Source: Octopus sinensis (lineage: Eukaryota). Taken from it: 64,000 bases of DNA. The notes beneath the pieces are model-generated. The model was given only the letters and a program-made list of their open reading frames with translations. It was not told the origin of the DNA and searched no databases. Positions 12,291 to 26,445 of this stretch are shown here, in pieces. Position numbers and translations under genes: made by a program. The DNA is taken from the NCBI RefSeq assembly GCF_006345805.1, contig NC_042998.1, positions 185,938,001 to 186,002,000 on the forward strand. Direction: 5' to 3'. The number at the start of each line of letters is the position of its first letter. The stretch's first letter is position 1.

Positions 12291-12822
12291 TGCTAAACCA
12301 ATAAATGGTTGGAAGCCTTGCAAAAAATACTATTTAATTTTGCTAAATAAAATACCAAATTCATTTTTATTGGTTTAATTTTGTCCTACCATATGTAGAT
12401 TTACCTACAAATTATGGCATATTTTATCATTAAATTGTGAGAAAACTTTAGGTAATGGGGAAATTTTTTTTTTTTTTTGTTATTTCAAATTAGCAGCAAA
12501 GATATCAGTAACATACAGTTATCAAAAAAATTTTCAAAAGTTCCATTTCGCAGACCTGTATTATAATTCACATCAGCAAAAAAGGTAAAGCACCCAAAAC
12601 TTAAAAAGAAAAAAACAAAAAAAAACCAGAAAGAACCAAAGTTAATTATCGTCAGATTAAGGCAAACAGGCTGAAATTTCGAAGTCACTGCTAAGCTTTT
12701 CCTTGTAAAAGTTATTAAATGTGTACTAAAAAAAAAATTTACTGAGAAATCCCTCAGCTTAATATTAAATTGGTTTTAAAAAAATAGCTTCACACTAATA
12801 CAAATATTAATGATATATAATA

Positions 12823-13864
12823 CTAGCATTATGACCCGTCGTTGCCGGGTCATAGTGCTAGTGCATGTATATATGTGTATATATATGTGTACATATTACA
12901 TGTACATCTATATATATATACATCTACACATAAAATACAAAATATAAAGTTATATCTTGATATCGCTAGTGATAACAATACTCAAAATATATAACAGACT
13001 GGAATTGTAAGCCCGTCTCTTGCAATTTCGATCAATTGTATCTTGTCCTCCCTCTTGTATAGAAGTGTGGCTACAATCCAGCCTACCTCTACTGCTGGGG
13101 GGGGGGAGGCATTTTTGATTTTTTATCCGGGACGTCCTACGTCCCAGATATAAAGGTAAAAATAAAATATTTCCACTTTGCAAGTTCGAGTCGAGTACTC
13201 CCTTGCAAGCTCCGTTGACTCGAACCTTGCTTCTATTGTGGCGAATTTACCGCCTCTGATTAGATATCTTTCACAGTCGCACCAAACACTTTTCGATGGT
13301 GCTTTCCTCCAGGTGTTCAAATCTTTTTTCTCTACATTGTATACTTTATAGACAATAGTCTTTTCTTTAATTTAATTTTTTATTATCCATCTGGACTATT
13401 CCATTTCTGCACGCTAATTTTATTTTTAATTTATTCCCATTCATGTGAAACCACTTATTCAAGTTCAAGTCATTGATGCAATTTTATACCAATTTCTATT
13501 TTTACTTTTGTTATTTTACGATTAATTTATACTTTAGTTTGATTAATTATTACTTACTACATATAATTCAATTGTTATTATTATTTTTATTGTTAAAGTG
13601 AAAGCATCTGACATAAAATAGAAATGTTTTTGTTTCACTTTTAACACGTAATACTGAAATAGTGGAGAAGATATGATATTGCTATGGGCTCGCTCTAGGC
13701 AAGAAGTTGAATATTTTTTTGCTCATGAAACTACATGGACCCTAAGTAAGGCATGTGTAAAATTTGGATGAAATTGGTTGTGTAGTTCTCAAGTTTTAGG
13801 GAAACAAAGACAGACAGACAGACACACAGGCACACACACATTCTCAGTTTCATATATATAGAGA
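12823..13864 (-). mobile_element. Non-autonomous Helitron, about 1.04 kb
   Basis: Minus strand starts A|TCTCTATAT, has (TGTC)n near the 5' end, and ends with hairpin GACCCGGCAACGACGGGTC then CTAG|T. No TSD. Confidence 0.8.
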
Positions 13865-13915
13865 TATACGTACACATATGTGTATGTATGTGCATAAAAC
13901 ATATACATATATAAC

Positions 13916-13946
<31 letters not shown>

Positions 13947-14519
13947 TGTATGTATGTATGTATGTATGTATGTATGTATGTATGTATGTATGCGTGTATG
14001 AATGTAAAATATTCATGTATGTAAGCATATGAACAAATTCTAAATAAATTTACATGCGAACATTTAGAAAACACTCGTTTTGCTTCGCTGTGCAAGTCTT
14101 TCTCTACAGAATAGTCCGAAGCATAGTTGCACTAGTTTCATTTGTTTTCTTCCGGTGTCTTTAGAATGTCTTACCAGTTCCGTTCTACAGAGAGAAAAAG
14201 TAGATTACTTATAGTTATTGAAGATGCTATAAAGTAACATGTACTGGTTTCATTCATCTGTTCATCCGCTAGTAGCGTATCAATTAACTAAAGTACTGAC
14301 AATGCACGAGTGTGTGTGTGTGTGTGCATATGAATGTATGTGTGTATGTGTGTGTGCACGTGTGTGTATGTGTGTGTGTGTATGAAGCTATTTATACACG
14401 CTGAAGGATTCTATTACTTGTAAGTCTGTTGATCATTTTTTTTTAACGTATGTGAACATTTTTATTTCTTCTTTATAATTCTTAATATCTTTCTACTACG
14501 AACACAAAATCTTAAATTT

Positions 14520-14686
14520 TGTGGGAAGGAGCTAATCGATTATTTAGCTGGTACTTATTTTATCGATCCCGAAAGGATGAAAGACAAAGTCGACCTCAGT
14601 GGAATTCGAACTCAGAACGTGGAGTCAGACGAAATGTCGCTAAGCATTTTGTCTTGCGTGTTAACGGTTCTGCTAGTTAGCCGCCT
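14520..14686 (-). mobile_element. SINE family A
   Basis: Reverse complement of the family A head and centre. Confidence 0.8.
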
Positions 14687-14922
14687 TGTTAATTAATACT
14701 GAGCCCTTTTGTCCTGTGACATATGAAACCTGGTTTATCTGTTTTACATCCATCCATCCATCCATCCATCCATCCAGCCATCCATCCATCCATCCATACA
14801 TACATACATACATACATACATACATACATACATACATACATACATACACAGTTTACTGTTCCGTTAAGGTAGGAGCAAAGAAAAAAGTGCTCCATGCAGT
14901 GAGAGATAAATATCATGTTATG

Positions 14923-16121
14923 CAGTGTTTCCCAAATATTTCGCGCCAAATTGCAATATCGCCCACCAATCGGCCCAAAAATGCTCCATCACCTACCTGT
15001 GTAAAAAAAAAACAACACAAAATCCCCTAGGACAACCCCACCCTCGTATCATTTGACACACACACACTATATCGTAGACTCGTTGCCCTGTTAGTGCCGT
15101 TTGGACTAAATATGCGATTGTTTACAAATCCCTTATTATGGGCTTAGTTTTGCCAGTAGTGTGAATAAAATTCTAACGTTAACTCTATATTTTTTCAGAC
15201 AGATTAACTTCTGGAAACTTGCGCTTTCTTTTACACTGGTTTTCATTTTCCCCAAATGAATCATTGATCGGAACTACCGAAGCAAAAATAATTAATGATT
15301 GTATTATAAAGGAAAAGAATAAAACTTTTTAATGAGAACCATGTGTCTGGTGCGATGTTGATAGCGCAGATATTTTCGTTTTCAAACTTGTCAACTTTAG
15401 CCGCAAGTCTCCTCGTTATGTCACATCTAGTCTAATTCTTTTATGGGAAAGTAAAGTTCCATCATGGTTAAAACCAAATTCAAGCAAATTAAGCAAAAAT
15501 AATTTCAGATGTTACTACAGATTGGGGCAGGAATTCAATATATTCTGGTGGTACCATAAACTTCCTTTGCCATTACGGCGTTATCACATTGTGGTGCCAT
15601 TGTCATTTTGTAATTCTATCAATCCCTCCTGAACGTCATCCTCGCAATCGACTGCATCGACCTCAAACGGATCGCTATACCAATTAGGAATATTCAGTGC
15701 AATAACTTCTTGAAATAGCTCCACCATGTTATCATGCAATGATTGTAAATAGTTGCGATATGTAGTTAAATCTTCATCGAGTAATTCATCTTTCAAAGAA
15801 TCAAATTGTTGAAATTGATGGTATTGACGTTTTGAAATGTTAGTCTTATACAGCACCAATTTCGAAATGAAGGTAGTGACTTACAATCAACGAGAATGTT
15901 TCGGTTTCCTTGCAATAGCTCATTCAAATCATTTAATTTTGTGAATATATCGCAAAGAAAAAAGATATCGCATCTTGCAGCCATCAGTGATTTGATTATA
16001 TGAAACAGTTCAACAAAGCGTAAGACACAGTTTCCTTTTGACTGCCACCGCACTTCGGTATGGTATAAGAGTTTAGTGTGGCCCTCATCATTTCTCAGAG
16101 TTGACAAACATAAATTCTCAG

Positions 16122-16185
<64 letters not shown>

Positions 16186-16620
16186 TAGAGATACGCACAC
16201 GTACATATATAAAATCTAGGTTTTTTAGATTATGCATATATCTTCATTTGACTTGGTTTCAAACTTGTCTTTAGAATTGTTTGCTAGCTACTGCATGTGG
16301 CCGACTATATGACTGTATATTTTCTACGTGTAATAACACGGTAAAAACTAAGAGAGTTGCAATTGGGCATTTATTACTAGAGGTTTCCCGAGTAAATCAC
16401 CGGTGGCAGTCATCATTGGCTTATGTGTTTTGTTCTTTAAAAAAAAAATTTGTTAGCCAAAATGCAACTGTTCTGTTACATCGACATTTCTCACGGTTTA
16501 TATCTGTCGAGAGATTTCGTCAATTTTAATGTTGATAATAAAATGCCCATACTACGTTGAATTACAAAAATTGTACTTGGCGTTCTCTTCTTACGTTCAA
16601 TTTGCTCCTCATCTTATGGC
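14923..16620 (-). mobile_element. Decayed hAT (Buster/Charlie-like) transposon
   Basis: LLYHTEVRWQSKGNCVLRF, DIFTKLNDLNELLQG and IPNWYSDPF...LIELQND. TIR-like CAGTGTTTCCCAAA at 14923. Interrupted by a microsatellite at 16122-16200. Confidence 0.8.
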
Positions 16621-17062
16621 ACATGTAATACGAAAAATAATTTCTGTAACTGTTTATCCTTTCTTTACAACCTAAGTGGATTATTCTCACGATTATTTCT
16701 TTCTGCATCTTTAAACATCACCTAAAATTTAAATATATAGAAGTGTAAGAGAAAAGCTGGGTGTGCATGACTTTAGATAAAGAAGCTTTATTTGAAGAAT
16801 TTATTCATCTTTTAAAATTTTACATTATCAGAATTTTGAAGCAAAGTTTGAAGTAATTTTTTTTGTTTATGTAACAACAATTTGTTTTCTTTTTAAAATT
16901 TTGTGGGTGAGGCCAACGTAAAATGTATTTTTCTTACTTTTTTTTTGCTTGGCTTGTAACTGTTTGTGTATGTGTATGGGTGTGTTTGTGTGTGTTCGTG
17001 CACCCGTCCGCTTGTATGTGCTTGTGAGCGTGTGTGCGTGCGTGCATGTGTGTGTATATGTG

Positions 17063-17124
<62 letters not shown>

Positions 17125-17558
17125 TGTGTGTGTGTGTGTGTAATAGAAGTATTTTTATTATATGAAATGTTTTCTTCTAAAATGAAATAAAAACAAAGTC
17201 GCTTTCTCTAGTTTCCACACATCTAATTAACTCATTTCATTTTTTCTCTTTCAAAAGAATTTTATAAGTTTATAAAAACAATGTTTAACTGACCCAATGC
17301 ATTCTACATTTGAAAATTTTTCTCTCCTCTTCATCATCAACGCCCTCTAATTTCTACAGCTTCCTGCAGATCTAAATTCTTCCACAGCTGCAAATGAAAC
17401 TGGCAATTATACTTTTTTTGAATGACAACAATTTAAGTCAAGACTTAAAGAACTATGTTGTATGTATCCCGTTAGCATGTGAAGTAAAAAAATTATATAT
17501 AAACATGCAGAAACTCATATAAACACACAAACATATATGAATACATAACAAACATACA

Positions 17559-17590
<32 letters not shown>

Positions 17591-17591
17591 C

Positions 17592-17640
<49 letters not shown>

Positions 17641-17657
17641 GTATATATATATATACA

Positions 17658-17691
<34 letters not shown>

Positions 17692-17729
17692 GATATATAT
17701 ATGTATGTATGTATATATATATATATTAT

Positions 17730-17785
<56 letters not shown>

Positions 17786-18347
17786 ATATATATTCATTTC
17801 TAGCTAAATGGACAAAGTTCTATTTATTTTTACTTATATTTTCCATTAAGTTAAAAAAAAAGAATTTATAATTCGTCTTCCTCTCAGATTTCAAATTCTG
17901 TTATGAAATTATGGTTAGAGATTTTATAAGGGTAATTATGTCACTAACATGTGGTTATGATAAAAGAAAATTCTGTTTATCAATAACCCTTCACTTTTAA
18001 ACGTTTTTTTAGTGCAATTGAAATAAAAATAACATTGAAAAATATGTTTTCTTTCATAGATATGCAATTAGCGAAATGAGAAGTTGTGATTTTCTTGACT
18101 TCATAAAAGGCATTAAATAATGTGAAAAATGAAATTATTTTTATCCTACAATCAAAATTGAGGGTGAACTTAACACTACGATGCTCACAACAATAATTAT
18201 AGTGATAAAGAGGTCTTACGTAAGTAGAAGACCACAGAGGAGAAGCACAGAAGGGGATTTTCAAAATCTTTGTTCGTAAAGTTTGCGTAAGTCTAGTATG
18301 AAGTGTCCAAAATGCATGTGTACAGAATGTGGAAGAGGAATGAAAGG

Positions 18348-18759
18348 GGATTTTTTCGGTTTGAACGACAGTTTTTTAAAATAATTTCCACGTAACTAAA
18401 CACTTTTAAACTTCGTATACTGGTAGAATGTGTCTATAAAACATCTTTTTCTCTTGGCTTTATTGAGAATATTCTATAGTTTGTAAGATATTTGTTGTTT
18501 TTTTCTTCTTCAAATTCTGCAATTTCAACCAATCAATGACGTTTATTGAGGTGAAAACATTCTTTGCCGTATGAATATGTCCCTCGTTCAAGAAACAGAT
18601 TGGGTTTATTTACATTTCTGAAGAAAAAAATATACCCTTCCCCCCACCCCTAACCCTAAAACAGATTGAAATGCAATAGATCGATATTAGGGTCATAATT
18701 ATGGGTGACAATTTCATATGACACCGCTAGAAAAACTGCCGTTCAAACCGAAAAGATCC
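18348..18759. mobile_element. MITE, GG...CC termini, 8-bp TSD (Merlin-like)
   Basis: TIR GGAT(C/T)TTTTCGGTTTGAACG..CAGTTTTT, perfect TSD ATGAAAGG, second copy at 53270-53687. Confidence 0.9.
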
Positions 18760-19384
18760 ATGAAAGGCTTAAAGGGACAGAAAAAGTGATAGTTAAAATA
18801 CAGTGGAAGAATGTGGGAGACACCTGAACTCTGCAAAGAGGATCGCCAGCGCAGACTACAATGCACAGTAATGGATAGAAATTTCCAATCTTAGAAATGT
18901 GGAATGGATGGAATTCAAAAGGCATGCAGGTTAGTTTAGCGTTGTCGAAGGTTTTATCGTGAATGAAATCAGAATTACTTTTACCGAAGTTTGTAAGTGC
19001 GAAAGAACAAGGATGTTAGACGTCGTCTCTCCGGTAGATCTGACTCTACAGCAACGATATTAGCGGTAATTGAAAAGAAGTGGTTGTTTATTACAGTTTT
19101 TGCTCCATTGAGATGTTGGAAGTGAGGGCGATAAACTAGTAGTTGGAAAAGAAGTGTTATTATTATTTTTTTTTTCTATGAAACACTTGTGTATTTTTAT
19201 AGATGAAGAGATATTCCTGCCGAAGGAGGAGTGAATGGGATGGTGGGGATATATAAACTAACACTGCAACACATTGTTTGACGGTCACAGAGTACTACCA
19301 GGATTATTCAATATTTTGGAATGGAGCATCAGAGAAAGTTTTCGCCTTTGGTAACTGCTAATATAGCAGTGAGTGAGGTGAAGT

Positions 19385-19787
19385 GAAGAAGAAGAAGAAG
19401 AAGAAGAAGAAGAAGAAGAAGAAGAAGAAGAAGGAGAGGATGAGGAGAAGAAAAGAAGGAGAAAAGAAGAAGAAGAAGAAGAAGAAGGAGAAGGAGAAGA
19501 AGAAGATAAGAAGACGAAGAAGAAAAGAGAAGAAGAAGGACGAAGAAAAGAAGACGAGAAGAAAAAGAAGACGAAAAGAAGAAGAAGAGAAAAGAAGAAG
19601 AAAAGAAGTTGAAGAAGAAGAAGACGAAGAAGAAGAAGAAGATGAAGAAGAAGAAGATGAAGAAGAAGATGAAGAAGAAGATGAAGAAGAAGATGTTGAA
19701 GAAGATGAAGAAGAAGAAGAAGAAGAAGAAGAAGAAGAAGAGAAGAAGAAGAAGAAGAAGAAGAAAGAAGAAGAAGAAGAAGAAGAG
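19385..19787. repeat. (GAA)n purine-rich tract, about 400 bp
   Basis: Directly visible. Confidence 0.95.
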
Positions 19788-20859
19788 ATTGTTATGTATG
19801 AACAATGTTCAGCTGGAAGTAGAACAAGAAGCAGATTTAATGGTTTTATCGATATGGATGCTACTTGAAAAGCCATATTGATTGAAGAGTAGATGACTCT
19901 GAAAGGTTAAATGAAACTTCCTTGGCAAAGAGCTCAGGACTTTTAGATTGTGCGTTGTGCGAAGACATACTTTGTTTTCCTGGTGGCCTCTTTTGTCATG
20001 AATAGTGGTTGTGGGTAAATACTTCTCAATTAGTGAAAGTAAGGGACTTCCTCCAGGTATTAAGGGCAGTGTTCTTAACCGAGAAGAAATGGAGAGGTCT
20101 GAAGATAGGGCTTGCTGTGCGGTAGGATGTTGTAAAAAAAGATGCTTTAATTAGACAGGGTCATATGATCCTTTTCCTGTACTGATTCTTGTTAGGAGTT
20201 CAGTTGGAAGTCAATAGCTTCTAGTGGGATTCTGAAAATCTCATGCTTGTTGGAATAGACACCTTTTACGGATACGAAAAGAAACGGATTCTGTATCGTA
20301 CGCCAGCAAATAGTAGCGTAACATGTCGAGGAGTTACCCACTGGTTTCGATTTCTTTTTTATCTGGGGGTAAGCTTTAGGTTAGGTTTATTTTCCAATGA
20401 TACTCTTCGTCAACCAATGAACCTACCCATGGGATAGTGTAATGGGAAGTAGCGTATTAAGAGATTATTTCGTTATTTATAAATCAAATGAAACATAGTA
20501 AATTCCGTTAGAGTAAGTGATGAGGTGAAACCAGGAGAATTAGTACAGGCTCCAGGCCAACTAGCATCCATGTTGCATATTGAGTTATGTAGTACAGACG
20601 TTACAGTGAACTGTTACAACTGAACATATGTCCAAATGATTAATCATCGTTACTAATTAAACATAAAAATAATGTAGGAGTGATACTGTAGTTTAATTTC
20701 CATTCTGGACTCAATGTTTTACTGAGTATTTGTCTCAGTTTTGAGCTGAAATCCTGTATGAGATATTTAATTTCCTTTTAGCCTTGTATTATACTGCTGT
20801 ATAGTTGATTAATTACCTTATTTTCAACAATTAGCTTTCATTATTTCTTAACATTAGCA

Positions 20860-21275
20860 AGGCGGCGTTCGCACGCCCGACAAAATACTTATCATCATTT
20901 CCTGTCTTTACGTTCTGAGTTCAAATTTCGCAAAGATCGACTTTACCCTTTATGCTTTTGGAGTCGATGAATTAAGTACCAGTCAAATACTGGAGTCGAT
21001 GTAGGCACCTCCCCGCAAAATTTTTGCTGTGTCTATGATGTAAATTATTATTACTTAATATTAATGTGGCAGTGAGCTGGTAGAATTGTTAGAGCATCGG
21101 GGAAATGCCTTTAAGTACTTTTATTCAGAGTTTTTACATTCTGTGTTCAAATCCCGAGGAGGCTAAGTTTGCCTTTTATCTCTGAAGGAGCGTTAAAATA
21201 AGTGCCAGACAAGCGCTGGGATCGATGGTATCCATTAACACTCTCCCTTCAAATTTGCTGGAATTGTGCCTAAAT
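20860..21275 (+). mobile_element. Two old family A SINE copies
   Basis: Diverged heads at about 20860 and 21067 with GTTCAAAT box B and centre motifs. Confidence 0.7.
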
Positions 21276-21574
21276 CAGAAACTATTACGTTTCACACAAT
21301 TATTACTTAGCGTTATAGAATTGTTGCAAATGGCTGATGCTGGAAAACACAAGAGAAAATACATTATATTACTTACTGTCGTAATTCATTACGTTCAACT
21401 CCTACATGAGGTCGGGCTTGTCTTTCATCCCTCATAGCTAAACCTATAAGTAACAATAATGTACTCGCCAAAAAAAAATGCTAAACTTCCCTTAAATCTC
21501 ATTCTACCGTCTTCAAAAAAAATGGGCGATTGAAAGAAACTCATCGAAGATGTGGACGGTATGAACACCTCTGA

Positions 21575-21795
21575 AAGGTGGCGAGCTGGCAGAAACGTTA
21601 GCACGCCGGGCGAAATGCGTAGCCGTATTTCGTCTGCCGTTACGTTCTGAGTTCAAATTCCGCCGAGGTCGACTTTGGCTTTCATCTTTTCGGGGTCGAT
21701 AAATTAAGTACCAGTTACGCACTAGGGTCGATATAATCGACTTAATCCGTTTGTCTGTCCTTGTTTGTCCCCTTGTGAGTAGTAAAGAAATAGGT
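21575..21795 (+). mobile_element. SINE family A (young)
   Basis: Complete copy with TSD GGTATGAACACCT(C/T)TGA at 21558 and 21793. Confidence 0.9.
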
Positions 21796-22784
21796 ATGAA
21801 CACCTTTGATCACATATCTTCGATGAAACAGTAACAACGAAGATGATGATGACAATGCTATTACAGCAGAATCAATTTAATTAACTGCACTCAGTTCCCT
21901 TTTAGCAATTATCATTTAATTTAAATGTGCAATTAGCTAAATGTCTAAGTTAATTTATCAATTAACATGATACCTAAGAAAGAAGCCATTTTATAAACAT
22001 TATAAGTGCTGTTGAGCAAGAGAGAGATTCACGTTCTGCTAGTTTTAATTCCATACTGAAATCTTTCAACTTTACTAACGTTGTTAAAGATATGAACATC
22101 ATCCAATCGTATAAGCAATCAACGGAAATGCCTCTATGAGGCGAGACAACAGTCATATATCCTTCAGATTACACGTACTGTTTTTAACGAAAAACATATT
22201 GAATGAGCTTAAAAAAATAATAATCGTGATGGTCATGGCTGGAACGCTTTTAGTAATAGGCATATTTAATTAAGGACGACCTTGGGGTAAACAACAATAA
22301 CAAGAACAATCCTCCTCTTGTATTACTTAAGCCAAGAAATTGTTGTTAATTATATTATGATATCAACTTCTTAGTTACGTTTATTGCTTTATTGCTTCCA
22401 CCTGCTGTGAAGGCTCACGCACACACATACATATGCGCTCGAGCACGCTCACACGCACTCACACGCACTCACACGCACTCACATGCACCCACACGCGCGC
22501 CCTTACACATTCACAAAATAATATGCACACATGTACTGAGCGATTTTATATTACAGACACTGTTGTAGGTGTGTCTTCGTTCCGTGAATGATTATGTAGG
22601 CTTATTCTTCCAGCTTTCCTTACCATCTTAAAAGCATCGACAGGACAAGAAAAATATTTAACTTTCTCAAGCTGTCATTTACTATCAAACGAGTATTTGA
22701 CCTTTGAAATAGATCGCTTGGAGCCAGAGGAATATAACCAATTGATTATTTCTGTTGCTGTTCCTTTGTAGAATGAACAGTTTT

Positions 22785-22946
22785 TTTTTGTTCCTTCTCG
22801 AGCAACGCCTGGCTCATAAGGGCCGGTTTCCCGGTTTCCTTGGCATATAGGTTCTCCACCTGGACGCAGGAGGAAAGAATGAGAGAAAGTTGTGGCGAAA
22901 GAGTCAGCAGAAGTTCGCCATTACCTTCTGCCAGAGCCGCGTGGAG
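22785..22946 (-). mobile_element. 3' part of family V SINE
   Basis: Similar to 1-130. Minus strand ends GAAACCGGCCCTTATGAGCC...GAAGGAACAAAAA. Confidence 0.7.
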
Positions 22947-23280
22947 TTCTGAGTTCAAATTCCGCCGAAGTCGACTTTGCTTTTCATCCTTTCGGGGTCG
23001 ATTAAATAAGTACCAGTTACGCACTAGTGTCGATATAATCGACTTAATCCGTTTTTCTATCCTTGTTTGTCCCCTCTGTATGTAGCCCGTTGTGGGCAAT
23101 AAAGAAATTGGTATTTCGTCTGCCTTTACGTTCTGAGTTCAAATTCCGCCGAGGTCGACTTTGCCTTTCATCCTTTCGTGGTCGTTAAATTAAGTACCAG
23201 TTGCATACTGGGGTCGATATAATCGACTGGCCGCCTCCTCAAAAGTTTCGGGCCTTGTGCCTAGAGTAGAAAAGAATATC
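22947..23280 (+). mobile_element. SINE family A, headless dimer
   Basis: Two monomers joined at GGTATTTCGTCTG. Confidence 0.85.
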
Positions 23281-23456
23281 TAATATCCAGGTAAGAAAGG
23301 CAGCGAATTGGCAAAGTAATTAAAGAGTCAGTCAGAATACCTTGCGGTATTGATTTCTGCTCCCTTCTTAATTAAAACCCCACTGACGTCAACTTTGCAT
23401 TTCTTCCTTTTGGGAATCTTCACCTGTACTGGAGTAGATTCTTCACGTGCGCCCCT

Positions 23457-23507
<51 letters not shown>

Positions 23508-23945
23508 CTCCAACTCCATCCCCACATTTCTCTCTTGGTTGCATCTATATTCCCAAAGTCCACCCTTGTCATATTGACTCGGTCTGAAAAATTGTATGAA
23601 GAGTACATACACGTGTCTGTGGAATACCCAGCCGCATACATGTTCGTTTCACGCGTAAAAATTTAGTTACTGAACAGCCCTATTCTCATTAAAGAGGCCG
23701 TCGTACAACCCATCATCAGATAAGGCGAGTGGAATCGCAGACATAGTAGAATCAGACTAAATGCCTTCGGTATCCAATTAACATTCCACGATGCTGGGAG
23801 TGTAAATTCTGCGAGAATGGTTTTGCTTTCCATTTCTCGTGTGTTAACAACATACTTATCTCCATTGTACTGAGGTCAATTCAATCGACTGATAACTCTG
23901 TGTTGTGTCCGTAGTCATATAAATTCACGTAGCTCGAAGTTGATG

Positions 23946-24075
23946 CTGTTGTATGACCCCAAGTGAATCGCAATCGAGCAGACCTATGACCAACGTTCCA
24001 GCCGTAGCCATCACGTTATTTTTGTATACCAGTGACTACATTATCCAATGCGTTCCCACTTTTTAGTTTTAAAAA
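23946..24075 (-). mobile_element. Old SINE-like family C 3' end (other copies near 22170-22300, 27290-27440, 27500-27720, 43400-43580, 51830-52020)
   Basis: Recurring diverged motif ATGGCTGGAA...TCATAGGTCTG...TGACCTGGGG.TAAACAAC. Confidence 0.55.
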
Positions 24076-24308
24076 TGTCTCTATGGTGTGAATCCATGGA
24101 ATTTCCAAAAATTGTCCTTAGTTTCTGAGTGGGAAATTCTCCAGAATAAGCCACTCGATTGATCTTTGTCGATACCCTGATCTTTCCGAGAACATCGTTG
24201 TTTTTTCAAGCCTCTTACTCCCTATAAAATACAATAGTTAACATAACTCTGACAACATAACGCAACTGATAGAGAACTGCAAATGTTTGACAATATTCCA
24301 GATGTGAG

Positions 24309-24579
24309 GTGCCTAACCTTAGTATTTCCTTGACGCAAGACGGAAACTCTGTCAAAAAGGCGGGCTACGGAAAAAACGTACTTCTCAGTGGCAATTACAC
24401 CTTTTCACTACATAGAAATCTCTACAGATGCTGCAGTTTCAGAACGGGCACGGAATACCTAGCCTCTGCGCAGTATGTGTCGGTGGCAGTGGGGCCGTTG
24501 ACTACTGGATGCATCCCTTTCACAAGAAGCGGAAGGGTAGGCGCTCCAGCCTCACCAAATGGAAACTAAGTTAAGGCAC
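24309..24579. mobile_element. Possible MITE
   Basis: Imperfect TIR GTGCCTAACCTTAGTATTTCC / GGAAACTAAGTTAAGGCAC. Confidence 0.45.
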
Positions 24580-24772
24580 ATTAATTAGGCAATAATAAAA
24601 TACAATGGATATGTACGTATTTACTACATTTGCCCGACATTTCAGGGGTAACTTCCTCTTAGCCCATTTTTTAGTAAGGCTGGCCACCCTCCTCGTAACC
24701 TCATCTCAGTTTCTATCACTTCTTGTTTGTCTGACTCGAACCAGACCCAAAGCATCTTCGGTCTAACGAACC

Positions 24773-25002
24773 TATTTCTTTACTACCCACAAGGGGCTAA
24801 ACACAGAGAGGACAAACAAGAACAGAGAAACGGATTAAGTCGATTACATCGACCCCAGTGCGTAACTGGTACTTAATTTATCGACCCCGAAAGGATGAAA
24901 GGCAAAGTCGACTTGGCGGAATTTGAACTCAGAACGTAACGGGAGATGAAATACGGCTACGCATTTCGCCCGGCGTGCTAACGTTTCTGCCAGCTCGCCG
25001 CC
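24773..25002 (-). mobile_element. SINE family A (young)
   Basis: Complete copy with perfect 18-bp TSD TCTTCGGTCTAACGAACC at 24755-24772 and 25003-25020. Confidence 0.92.
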
Positions 25003-25245
25003 TCTTCGGTCTAACGAACCACAAAGCTGATCAGCATGGACTGGTTTCTCCGGGTGCCCAGCTGCAAGTCCTCAGCTATTCCTGCTGAGATTACTGAGCA
25101 GTGGAAAGAGATGGTTACCATTGTGGTGTACGTTTCTTAGTTCAAGTGAGATGCCTCTCGACACTTTCAGCATTAATAGAGTAATTAGGAAAAGAGAAGC
25201 TAAATTATATAAATAACGATCATGGATTACCACAGGGACAACGAC

Positions 25246-25478
25246 GTGGTGGTGGTGATGGTGGTGGTGGTGGTGGTGGTCGTCGTCGTCGTGATGGTGG
25301 TGGTGGTAGTGATGGTAGTGATGGTGGTGGTGGTGGTCGTCGTCGTCGTCGTGATGGTGGTGGTGGTGATGGTAGTGATGGTGGTGGTGGTGGTGGTGTT
25401 CGTCGTCGTCGTCGTCGTGGTTGTGGTGATGGTGGTGATGGTAGTACTGGTGGTGGTGGTGGTTTTGGTGGTGGTGGA
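25246..25478. repeat. (GTG/GTC/ATG)n compound trinucleotide repeat
   Basis: Directly visible. Confidence 0.95.
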
Positions 25479-26215
25479 ATAATGACGATAATGACGATGA
25501 TTCCAGAAATGATAAACCATTATTGCAAAAAAACAAAAAACAACAGAAATCCCAAAGTATTCGAATTTTTTGAGAAATTGTCATAAATAAGTTTACGAAA
25601 CCAATGAATGTTTTGTTAATGGAAAATAATCTACGGGGAAAATAAAGCAAAATATATTAATAACTAAAACTGCTGAGAAAGAACATATTGAAGCCGTTGG
25701 GGAACAATTATGAAGATATAAAGGCGCAAAGAAACACTGACACCGAAAAATAACAAGGAAAGGGTAAATTGGTTATCAATAAAAACGCGTTGAAATGTTA
25801 TTAGAAGGGAAGAGTAACAGGAAATATGTTGAAGTTGACTAATAAAGACGAAAACCTTTAGGGAAAACAAGTGAAAGCAATATATGTGGTTGTTTGGGCA
25901 AATATTTTTATATCTCAATTAGAATAATCTTTTAATAACTGGCATCGAATCGTATATTAATGTTCTCCAGATTAAAAAGAAAATGACGGATTTCCAAAAT
26001 GACAGGCTAATGTCAATGCTTTAAACGTCTTACAAAAAGTTGTAAATGTCTGACCTAAATACTAAATATTTATAATGTATAGATGGACATAAGAATAAGA
26101 ATAAGACACAAGGCATAATACTTAAGAATAACAACGTAAGAGTGAAAAAAGAAAGGGCAAGTGTTGTACACAAGTATTCTTGGAAGAATCAATTAATTGA
26201 CTGAGAAAAATATAT

Positions 26216-26445
26216 GTATCTTTATTACCAACAAGGGGCTAAACTTAGAGGGGACAAACAAGGACAGACAAACGAATTAAGTCGATTACATCGACCCCAG
26301 TGCGTAACTGGTACTTAATTTATCGACCTAGAAAGGATGAAAGGCAAAGTCGACCTCGGCGGAATTTGAACTCAGAACGTAACGGCGGACGAAATACGGC
26401 TACGCATTTCGCCGGCGTGCCAACGGTTCTGCCAGCTCGCCGCCC
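26216..26445 (-). mobile_element. SINE family A (young)
   Basis: Complete copy with TSD TTGACTGAGAAAA. Confidence 0.9.

Larger units (their letters stand above)
18180..20500 (-). mobile_element. Highly decayed LINE (CR1/Jockey-like EN-RT)
   Basis: Scattered motifs in the expected order (DLSISS, IALTSNI, DKTFD, VSPTFF). Interrupted by a MITE and a (GAA)n tract. Confidence 0.4.

Noticed and set aside
19383-19868. Lys/Glu-rich 161-aa ORF
   Set aside because: It is a (GAA)n expansion inside a decayed LINE, open in several frames on both strands.
25500-26100. Possible hAT dimerisation-domain remnant
   Set aside because: Only faint motif similarity; cannot be supported by eye.
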